From the NCBI RefSeq assembly GCF_000146505.1, contig NC_017448.1, forward strand, positions 2,040,001-2,072,000: a stretch of DNA of 32,000 nucleotides, written 5' to 3'. The translations under genes were made by a program, and so were the position numbers. A model generated the notes under the pieces. The model was given only the letters and a program-made list of their open reading frames with translations, was not told the origin of the DNA and did no database searches. Below, piece after piece: positions 14,452 to 21,840 of this stretch (the stretch's first letter is position 1; each line of letters begins with the position of its first letter). Origin of the DNA: Fibrobacter succinogenes subsp. succinogenes S85. Its GTDB lineage: Bacteria; Fibrobacterota; Fibrobacteria; Fibrobacterales; Fibrobacteraceae.

Positions 14452-17148
14452 TTACACACTATGAAAACGCCTTTCTAAATCATCAACAGTATTCTTCAAT
14501 TTTTTATATACACCCAAGAATGTATTATCTTTTTTCAAAAATTCCAAAATATTTAATGTTGAACGGATTGACGAATAATATGTTTTTGGGGGATAGCCAT
14601 CAATAAGCTTCTCAACCAATTTACAAACCTCATTTTTATTTTTCTTAAGATTAAAAGCAATTAAATAAAGATGATAATTTGTAGTGTTAATGAACTGTCC
14701 AAAGTCATTATTCTCCATTTTACTTATTTTTTGATTTACAACATATTGCTTTATAATTTTTTGACAATTTTTATCTGATATCTGGTATAATTCAAGTAAT
14801 ACATTTTGAATGAATTCTATTTTTTCTTTCTCAGAATAATCATCAATATTTCGAATTATATTATGAATAATATAATCAGAAGTAAATTTAGATTTAAGAA
14901 TACGGCCACAATAGTAAAGATTGTATAATCTATTCCATGACAATGCTGTTTCTTCATAACCGTTCATTTTTTTGCAAATAAATTTATTTAACAAATTTTC
15001 CAACAATGTAATAATTTGTTTTTGATTAAATGAACGTGAGTATAGATTCCACTGAATAGCAAAAAAACTATTGATTGCGCTAAAAATAACAAGGGTATTC
15101 TTAGCTTCATTCACCAGACGATTTAGTATGGCCCATATTTTCTTATATAATTCATCCGATAACTCATTTAATGATAAGATGAAAAGTGCTTTTTCTATAT
15201 ATCCATCAAAATTATCCCAAATAGAATAGGATGTTCTATCAATAAAATGATTCACACAATTTTTTATTACAGAATCAACAAGCCAATTTAATAGATCCTG
15301 GTCTAAAGCCAAATTCTTCCTTTTGCCTTTCTTTTGAAAATCTTCAAATAGGTATTTTAAATCATCGCTCTTATAATATTTGATGCATACATACAAATCA
15401 ATTTTACTTAAAGTAATTTTTTTCTTTTTCTGCTGTTGTAATAAAGCTATTGACACATAATTTTTGCATAATTCACGATAAATTGAAAAACCTTCTATGC
15501 AAATACCATTTAGTAGAACAAAATCAATCAGATTTTGCAATTCAGATTCCGGTTTATTTTCATTTGACGAAAAAACCATTCCTCCACGATCGATAATTCT
15601 GTAATTCTTTTCTTTTTCCTTTACATTTGTAAAAGACTCAAATTGAAATTTGTAAAGATCAAGCATCGTTAAGAAATTCTTCATTTCTTCACAATCTCTT
15701 TGAGCATCTTTAGGGAAAAAGCTATACTCTATATCTATTGAAAACCGACTTTCCTGCTTAAATTTTATTTCAAGGTCACTTATATATTTTAGTTCATTTA
15801 AAAGAAGATTGTGATTAAAAAAACCTACAAGCAAATAAAGATAATTATGTTTTCTTTTGCATAACGAAATCATTCGCCTATTACACTCAAAAGCATCTTC
15901 AATTCTACCTAGATTTCTGAAACAGACAATATTCCTAAGAACAGAAGAAATATCATCCTCATCCCTTTTTATTGAGTAATCAAAATTTATTATTGCAGAC
16001 TCTTCACGTACATTATTTTCTGTAAAAAGGCGATATTTATAACAATTTTTTTCATCTATAGATGTCACAAATCCTGTAATATTGGCTTTAGCCAGTATAT
16101 TACATATTCGGTTAATTTTTTCATCACATCCACTCAATTCTTTTATAAAATTTTGGTATATTTCTTTTCTCTTCTCATCTTCTTTTTCTCTAAAGTTATA
16201 CTCATGAAAATGCAGGATACCTCTTTTTTGTGAATCGTATAATATTTCACTATTTTTTAAAGAATTGCAAATATTCTTTTGTAATGCTACATAGTAGTTA
16301 TCGTATTTCTTTATTTCGTTATATACATATTCAACGGGATTTTGAGAAAAATCAGTTGGCGTCCCAAGTTCCGTTAAAAAACTTTTTAACGACTCGGTTC
16401 GATTTTCGTTTTCAACAACAATTGTGATAATTCCAAATTTTTCTAAATACCTTTCCGAAAATTCGTCATACTTATTGACCACCATATAAATAGGGGGTTG
16501 GACTGTAGAATGATTTTGGAACCAGTTTACAATTTGTTTTAAGTCTATATCGCTAAACGAGTACCCTATCATTACAATAGTATGAGTGGATACAATACTC
16601 TTTATATAATTTTCTATTAAAGGAAAATTGTTTGAGTAATTGAGATAATCATCTTCAGTAAAAATATAATTGTCGTGGTGAAAATCACCATGCATTTTAA
16701 TAATCTTATTGTCGTTCTTTGATTTAATTAATTCATTATCAGAAGCAATAACATCATAGATATAATTTATTTCTTCTTCTATACAATTTTCAAAAAGACA
16801 ATCCCAATTTGTTGTAATTATGCAGTGTGGTCGTAATTTTAAGATAGCTCGTTGAATATCAGATGGAATATCTTTTGTGGGGAAGCAACTACCAACAGTA
16901 CTCTTTAATTTTAATGGTCCATACTTTAAAGCATAAAGTTGAGCAATTTTTAAAGGATCAGAATCCTTGCATCCAATAAGGCCTCTCTGCAACTTTTTTA
17001 ATATATCCGACCATAGTGGATATGTATCACCAGAGGCAGAGGCCCTAGACACTCCCGAACCAACAAAAAATGCCAATTTGTGTTCCGATAAAGATTCTTT
17101 TATCAATCTATAGTATTCAATATTTTTGTCAACAATAGAATTAGCCAT
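14452..17148 (-). CDS. SIR2_2-domain protein with a long helical C-terminal region (DSR1/DSR2-like defence-associated sirtuin candidate)
   Basis: 898 aa. The N-terminal roughly 260 aa carry SIR2_2 landmarks: KLAFFVGSGVSRAS, YPLWSDIL, CIITTNWDCLFE, IIKMHGDF, VMIGYSFSDIDL. The remaining roughly 630 aa are low-complexity helical. A hand-counted sample gives about 28% GC. Confidence 0.8.
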   Translation of the reverse strand: MANSIVDKNIEYYRLIKESLSEHKLAFFVGSGVSRASASGDTYPLWSDILKKLQRGLIGCKDSDPLKIAQLYALKYGPLKLKSTVGSCFPTKDIPSDIQRAILKLRPHCIITTNWDCLFENCIEEEINYIYDVIASDNELIKSKNDNKIIKMHGDFHHDNYIFTEDDYLNYSNNFPLIENYIKSIVSTHTIVMIGYSFSDIDLKQIVNWFQNHSTVQPPIYMVVNKYDEFSERYLEKFGIITIVVENENRTESLKSFLTELGTPTDFSQNPVEYVYNEIKKYDNYYVALQKNICNSLKNSEILYDSQKRGILHFHEYNFREKEDEKRKEIYQNFIKELSGCDEKINRICNILAKANITGFVTSIDEKNCYKYRLFTENNVREESAIINFDYSIKRDEDDISSVLRNIVCFRNLGRIEDAFECNRRMISLCKRKHNYLYLLVGFFNHNLLLNELKYISDLEIKFKQESRFSIDIEYSFFPKDAQRDCEEMKNFLTMLDLYKFQFESFTNVKEKEKNYRIIDRGGMVFSSNENKPESELQNLIDFVLLNGICIEGFSIYRELCKNYVSIALLQQQKKKKITLSKIDLYVCIKYYKSDDLKYLFEDFQKKGKRKNLALDQDLLNWLVDSVIKNCVNHFIDRTSYSIWDNFDGYIEKALFILSLNELSDELYKKIWAILNRLVNEAKNTLVIFSAINSFFAIQWNLYSRSFNQKQIITLLENLLNKFICKKMNGYEETALSWNRLYNLYYCGRILKSKFTSDYIIHNIIRNIDDYSEKEKIEFIQNVLLELYQISDKNCQKIIKQYVVNQKISKMENNDFGQFINTTNYHLYLIAFNLKKNKNEVCKLVEKLIDGYPPKTYYSSIRSTLNILEFLKKDNTFLGVYKKLKNTVDDLERRFHSV

Positions 17149-17206
17149 ACAAACCTTTTTAAAGAATACTTTGATTTGTCACGATGCTCATCATTTTAAA
17201 ATCACC

Positions 17207-17296
17207 TTATTCGGTCACGCAATTCGGGAACAGCGCGGCAATCTTCTCGACATTCATCTGCGCCATATCGGGAGTTTCAAACTTCATCTTTTCCAT
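17207..17296 (-). pseudogene. Truncated 5' remnant of mod (29 codons + stop)
   Basis: Hand translation gives MEKMKFETPDMAQMNVEKIAALFPNCVTE*. The intact mod starts MEKMKFETPDMVQMNVEKIAALFPNCVTESKAK.... The two diverge exactly after codon 29. Confidence 0.85.
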
Positions 17297-17309
17297 GGGA
17301 TACCTTTGT
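17211..17309. repeat. Direct repeat copy B: mod 5' remnant
   Basis: See copy A. About 97% identical over about 97 nt. Confidence 0.9.
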
Positions 17310-17323
17310 CCGAGGTATCGCCT

Positions 17324-18646
17324 TTATTCTGCCGCTTTTTCCGCTTTTTTTAAATTTTTTATTGTAGCGATTCCGTACAGCGGTATATTCAGCATCTTTT
17401 CGTTGTCACGGAAGGGGAGCATCGATGTTTTTACCGCCAAATCGGGCGCAAACTGGTCACAGAACAACGTAAAACTGCGTGAGCGCAGGTTCTCGCCGGA
17501 CTTGACTTCAATGGGGATAATCAGTCCATCCTTTTGCAGAATGAAATCCACTTCAGAGGTGCTGCGTTCGTTTGTCCAATATCCGAGGTAGTCGGGGTCC
17601 AGAGTAGAGAGCTCCTGCATCACGAACTGTTCGGCCATTGCGCCCTTGAACTCCGTGAAAATTTTGTTCCCGTCGATTAACGTTTTAGCGTCTAAACCAG
17701 CGGATGCGCCAAGCAAGCCCACGTCCAACATGAAAAGCTTGAACACGTGAGTGTCCTGGTAGGCCTTCAGCGGCATACGGGGTTCCTTGACCCGGTGGGA
17801 TTCCAGCACCAGCCCGCAATCGCGGAGCCATTCTATGGCAATTTCAAAATCCTTGGCGCGTGCGCCCTCGCGGATAATCCCGTACACGAATTTCTTGTTT
17901 TCCTTGCTGAGCTGGGCAGGGAGGCTGTCCCACACCATGTTCAGGCGCGGAATCTGCTCGCCAGGCGCATGCTTCGAAAAATCCGCCGCATACGAGCGCA
18001 GTATTTCGCGCTGGATTTCGCGGGCCTCGAAGTAGTCGCCGGTATCGACCCATTTCTGCACCACTTCAGGCATTCCACCCACAAACAAGTAACTCCTCAG
18101 CAAACCGAGCAGTTCATCGTGAAATGGTTCCAATGCGTTCCATTGCCCGTTACGGATGGCTTCGCAAAGCATTTCTTTTTTTGCGGCGTACAGGAATTCA
18201 AAAAACGAGAGCGGACCAAGGTCCAAGAAAGACACCTTGCCCACCGGAAACGAAAGGCCGGAGTGCAGCGCAATGCCGAGCAGCGAACCAGCCGCGACTA
18301 CGGCGTATTGGGGAGCGTCTTCGCAAAAATACTTGAGCGAGGTCAGGCCGCCCTCTGCCGCCTGGATTTCATCGAAGATAATCAGGGTGTTTTCGGGGTC
18401 GATCTTTTTCCCGTAATTGAGCTCAATCGTAGAAACAATTCTCTTGATGTCGAAATTTTCAGAGAACAGGTCACGGAGGCGGCGCTCATTTTCGAAGTTG
18501 ATATAGACGGTCTCGGCAAAGGAGGTCTTGCCGAACTCCTTCAAAAGCCAGGTCTTTCCAGTCTGTCTAGCTCCACGGACAATCAGCGGCTTGCGGTCCT
18601 TACGCACTTTCCACTGAGCCAGCTGTTGCATCGCAAATCGTTCCAT
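17324..18646 (-). CDS. AAA-family ATPase with C-terminal DUF4143 domain
   Basis: 440 aa. Walker A VRGARQTGKTWLL, Walker B LIIFDEIQ. The C-terminal SEVDFILQKDGLIIPIEVKSGE is typical of the AAA_14/DUF4143 family. GC is host-like. Confidence 0.8.
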   Translation of the reverse strand: MERFAMQQLAQWKVRKDRKPLIVRGARQTGKTWLLKEFGKTSFAETVYINFENERRLRDLFSENFDIKRIVSTIELNYGKKIDPENTLIIFDEIQAAEGGLTSLKYFCEDAPQYAVVAAGSLLGIALHSGLSFPVGKVSFLDLGPLSFFEFLYAAKKEMLCEAIRNGQWNALEPFHDELLGLLRSYLFVGGMPEVVQKWVDTGDYFEAREIQREILRSYAADFSKHAPGEQIPRLNMVWDSLPAQLSKENKKFVYGIIREGARAKDFEIAIEWLRDCGLVLESHRVKEPRMPLKAYQDTHVFKLFMLDVGLLGASAGLDAKTLIDGNKIFTEFKGAMAEQFVMQELSTLDPDYLGYWTNERSTSEVDFILQKDGLIIPIEVKSGENLRSRSFTLFCDQFAPDLAVKTSMLPFRDNEKMLNIPLYGIATIKNLKKAEKAAE

Positions 18647-18704
18647 AATGCCTCTTTTTTGCCTTTTTATAGTAAATATATATAAAAAAGCCGTAAAACA
18701 ACAA

Positions 18705-18752
18705 AAATATCTTGATAAAAGTGTAGTTTAAATACATTTTTATCAAGATATT
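18705..18752 (-). terminator. Perfect 16-bp inverted repeat; likely intrinsic terminator of the SNF2-PLD operon, or an operator for the ATPase gene
   Basis: aaatatcttgataaaa (18705-18720), a 16-nt loop, then ttttatcaagatattt (18737-18752). On the minus strand the hairpin is followed by TTTTGTTGTTTTAC. The stem is almost entirely A/T, so stability is modest. Confidence 0.4.
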
Positions 18753-18865
18753 TAAGTTTTGGGAGGGGAAATGGCGATTTTAGCGGAATTTTGCCATTTT
18801 TCGGCAAAAATCGCGCCGTATGTTGAAATATCTATAATTTTGGCCGGATTTTTTGTTGAAAAAAA

Positions 18866-20065
18866 CTATAATTTTTTGGATTTCTTCTTTTTTGGGGGAC
18901 ATATTCTCCAAATGAGCGTATCTATTCCGGCAAGATCTTTCACATAATTTGAATTTTGTCTTACAACAGAGCGCAACCTCCTTGCCAAATCAATATACTT
19001 TTGACCTTCTGTTCCCCCACGATCTAAGGACCACTCATTCTTTTTTATCCACGTTTTTACAGGATCGTTTAAAACAGGGTATTTCTTCGGGAAGAACTGG
19101 CACAACATTTCGGATAACCAAGCTTTTCTCGCGGGATTTTTCCTTTTGGCTAATAGGTCAATTTTCTTCGCCACCAATTCATCTAAATCCAGAAGACTCA
19201 TTTTCTTTTCATTTTCAATGATATCTATCAAAGCCGTAGTTGCTTCTCGCCAATTAATATTCTTTGTGCAGATTCTTTCAACACCACTTCCTTGAAAACG
19301 GAAGCAGTCTTCTTCCTCCCATCTTCTATGCCATAATTGAGTAAATTCAGTCCAAAAAGCAGCGTTACTCATCGATCCGGTTGCATTTGATCTTAATAAA
19401 TGAAGAATTTTTGCCTTTTTTTCTTTGAAAAGTTCTTGTTTGTATTCTCGTTCATTCAGGAGATCTTTAAAGTCCTTTTCCCAGGGTAATTTAATATTCA
19501 AATCAATTTGATCTAATGTAATTTCACCTTTAACTCTTTTTCCACCTATTTTGCTCTCTTCATATCTTGCAATCCAACTCTTAGAAATAGGATCCGATAA
19601 TTTGATACAACCATTAAACCACTGCACTATCCTTTCGTATTCTTCCTGTTTTATACTACTAAAACTATTTATCTCATAATTTTCAGACAACGCTGCACTC
19701 GTCATATTAGAAGAACCGATTAAGGCAAAACATTCCTTTCGTTCTTTCCAAATTAATACCTTGGGATGAAACGTATTCTCGTTCGACGGGAAAGCAAACA
19801 CATTTCCGCGCAAATTTCTTGGAAGCCAATCCAACAGAGACTGACAAGCCGCCTTTCTCGTCAGGCCAAAATTTGTTCCCACCAGAGCAACGAATTTCTT
19901 GCAATCCTTCTTTGGCTTTTGAGAAAAAGACCAGTCTGTCAAAAAAGCTGTGGCGATGTAGATTTCCTCAGCTCGTTTAAAAGCTCTATTGTATAGAGCT
20001 TTTAGATTTTCGTTATCTTTGGGATTGAGAAGTACTTTCATAATGAACAACTTCCTGTTATGCAC
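18866..20065 (-). CDS. PLD-superfamily (single HKD) nuclease-like protein with an uncharacterised C-terminal domain
   Basis: 399 aa. The HKD region is FHPKVLIWKERKECFALIGSSNMTSAAL (HxK...GSxN). An alternative ATG at 20041 (MKVLLNPKD) would remove the 8-nt overlap with the upstream gene. Confidence 0.7.
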   Translation of the reverse strand: MHNRKLFIMKVLLNPKDNENLKALYNRAFKRAEEIYIATAFLTDWSFSQKPKKDCKKFVALVGTNFGLTRKAACQSLLDWLPRNLRGNVFAFPSNENTFHPKVLIWKERKECFALIGSSNMTSAALSENYEINSFSSIKQEEYERIVQWFNGCIKLSDPISKSWIARYEESKIGGKRVKGEITLDQIDLNIKLPWEKDFKDLLNEREYKQELFKEKKAKILHLLRSNATGSMSNAAFWTEFTQLWHRRWEEEDCFRFQGSGVERICTKNINWREATTALIDIIENEKKMSLLDLDELVAKKIDLLAKRKNPARKAWLSEMLCQFFPKKYPVLNDPVKTWIKKNEWSLDRGGTEGQKYIDLARRLRSVVRQNSNYVKDLAGIDTLIWRICPPKKKKSKKL

Positions 20066-20522
20066 CAGAGCTATGATTTCTTTTTTCTTCGCGAGCTTTT
20101 AGCCATGCATTTACACCCATTTTCAATACTATAAATAATAAAATTCCAATAACAGGTCCTATAAAAACAGATGCCGTACCAACAATTCCTGCAATAGCTT
20201 CTGATATTTTAGCGACAACAGCATACTGAATTATATTAGTATCCGCCAGCAATGTTGTTATTTCGTTCTTATATTTGTCATCTCCTCGCAAAAGTAATTC
20301 TAATTCATCCAGAATTCTTTCTAAAGTAGGTGTCTGTGGAGCCTCAGATCCAAAAGGAGCAGTGCTATTATTTGTTACACAAAGCCATTCTCTAGCAACT
20401 TTTTCGTAGTCGCCTAAATTAGCATACATTGTTGTTATCATGGACTGCTGATATTTTGGTATAGTTTGAAGCCAGGAATCTGTACCATACTGTTCTAATA
20501 GAGCAATAAATTGTTCATTCAT
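20058..20522 (-). CDS. Small protein (154 aa) with a C-terminal hydrophobic, probably membrane-inserting, segment
   Basis: The soluble N-terminal roughly 100 aa are followed by AIAGIVGTASVFIGPVIGILLFIVLKMGVNAWL and a basic tail KAREEKRNH. Its start shares one base with the protease stop (TAATG). Confidence 0.6.
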   Translation of the reverse strand: MNEQFIALLEQYGTDSWLQTIPKYQQSMITTMYANLGDYEKVAREWLCVTNNSTAPFGSEAPQTPTLERILDELELLLRGDDKYKNEITTLLADTNIIQYAVVAKISEAIAGIVGTASVFIGPVIGILLFIVLKMGVNAWLKAREEKRNHSSGA

Positions 20523-21169
20523 TATAGCATCTCCTTAATATATTCTGCAGAAATGGCATGAGTTGTTTGATGTAATGTCATAGGATCAATTCCTCCTAAA
20601 CTAATTCCTCCTGCACCTTTGGGTACATAGGAGCCAATTAACATCCCCACAAGCATATTATTGTAAATAATCGGACTTCCTGATTGCCCTGGTCGTGATT
20701 GAATATTCAAAACAATATTTTTCATTTTTATTCCAGCTCTTTCAATCAACACTTTTGCTCCCACATTTGCATTTTGTTGAGTCAAAACCATTCTTCCGTA
20801 GTTGCAGTGAGGATATCCAAAGAGAACTACTTCCTCTCCAACTTTTATCGAATCTAAAGAAGACGTTATGAGTCTCGAAGAAGCTGATCCACTGGATTTT
20901 AGAACACATATATCATGAATCGGATCGAATTCCGCAACTTCAAGAGGAAAACACTTTCGATTATTAATAGAGGTATCTTGAAATTCCTGTATAGTTTCCA
21001 TATCATTTAAAACAATTGCCAATTTTTTTTCATTTCCCGCAATTACATGAGCGGCAGATACAAAGTATCCAGGCTTTTCACTTAGAAAAACTGTGCCCAA
21101 TAACGAAAAATTATGCCCTTCAATGCGCGCTATAGGAAATACTATTTTCGAAATATCCGAAAAAATCAT
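20522..21169 (-). CDS. Trypsin-like (S1/Trypsin_2) serine protease with no signal peptide
   Basis: 215 aa. Catalytic triad context: VSAAHVIAG (His), IHDICVLK (Asp), RPGQSGSPII (Ser, GxSGxP). No N-terminal hydrophobic leader is present. Its start shares one base with the DUF4391 stop (TAATG). Confidence 0.8.
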   Translation of the reverse strand: MIFSDISKIVFPIARIEGHNFSLLGTVFLSEKPGYFVSAAHVIAGNEKKLAIVLNDMETIQEFQDTSINNRKCFPLEVAEFDPIHDICVLKSSGSASSRLITSSLDSIKVGEEVVLFGYPHCNYGRMVLTQQNANVGAKVLIERAGIKMKNIVLNIQSRPGQSGSPIIYNNMLVGMLIGSYVPKGAGGISLGGIDPMTLHQTTHAISAEYIKEML

Positions 21170-21840
21170 TATTTCATCTCCTTTTCCAATTTCTTTATCT
21201 CGGCCCTAATTTCCACCTGTCTGTTAAACTGTTTTTCGTTGGCGAGTTTCTTTTCCAGTTTTTCGATTTGAGCCTTGATTTTGGCGTTTTGTTTATTTTG
21301 TAAAATATAATCTTTTAGAGACGGCTTGGGTTGTTCCGCTTCTCCCTTCGGCAAGCTCAGGGAGCTTAAACTCGCAACGGCATTTGAGGAATCTGCACTG
21401 CGGACGATGGATTCGTAGATTTCGTCCATGTTGCTGCCAAACAAATTAAATACGGGTTCGGCGATGGGTTTCCACGGTGTTTCGAAGGATTCCAGGAAGG
21501 TTTCGTCCTTCTCTTTTTCTTTGAAGTTCACGAAGAGTTTCGCCTTGTCGTCATAAGTTAACACGAATACGTTGTGGTGGTGCAAATTCTGGTCGATGAA
21601 CTCGAACAACTTGCGCGGGCACTCGAACGACTTCATCTTGACTTCAAAGACATCGATTTCGTTTACCAGCAAACCCTTTTCTGCGGCCATGGTCTGCGCG
21701 GTCAGCTTATTTTGCCAGACAATCTGTTCTACATACTTGACAAAAAGGTTCTTGGTCGCCGTATTCACGGCGCACTTGCTATAGAACTTTTCCTTGGGCA
21801 CCACCTTGCCCACGAATGTCGAAGAGGGCAGGTTTATCAT
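21169..21840 (-). CDS. DUF4391-family protein
   Basis: 223 aa. MINLPSSTFVGKVVPKEKFY...VEQIVWQNKL...VNEIDVFEVKMK... matches my memory of DUF4391 N-termini. It has an ATGA overlap with the SNF2 helicase stop, which is the usual genomic partner. Confidence 0.6.
   Translation of the reverse strand: MINLPSSTFVGKVVPKEKFYSKCAVNTATKNLFVKYVEQIVWQNKLTAQTMAAEKGLLVNEIDVFEVKMKSFECPRKLFEFIDQNLHHHNVFVLTYDDKAKLFVNFKEKEKDETFLESFETPWKPIAEPVFNLFGSNMDEIYESIVRSADSSNAVASLSSLSLPKGEAEQPKPSLKDYILQNKQNAKIKAQIEKLEKKLANEKQFNRQVEIRAEIKKLEKEMK

Noticed and set aside
17299-17319. A small hairpin, gatacc-N9-ggtatc, between the ATPase stop and the mod remnant.
   Set aside because: It has a 6-bp stem, a 9-nt loop and no T-tract, so it is weak as a terminator. 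It is partly inside the direct repeat, whose other copy lacks the second arm.
18888-18898. The T6G5 homopolymer pair inside the PLD gene as a possible phase-variation switch.
   Set aside because: It lies within the last roughly 10 codons (PPKKKKSKKL*), so slippage would barely alter the protein. The runs are short for efficient phase variation.
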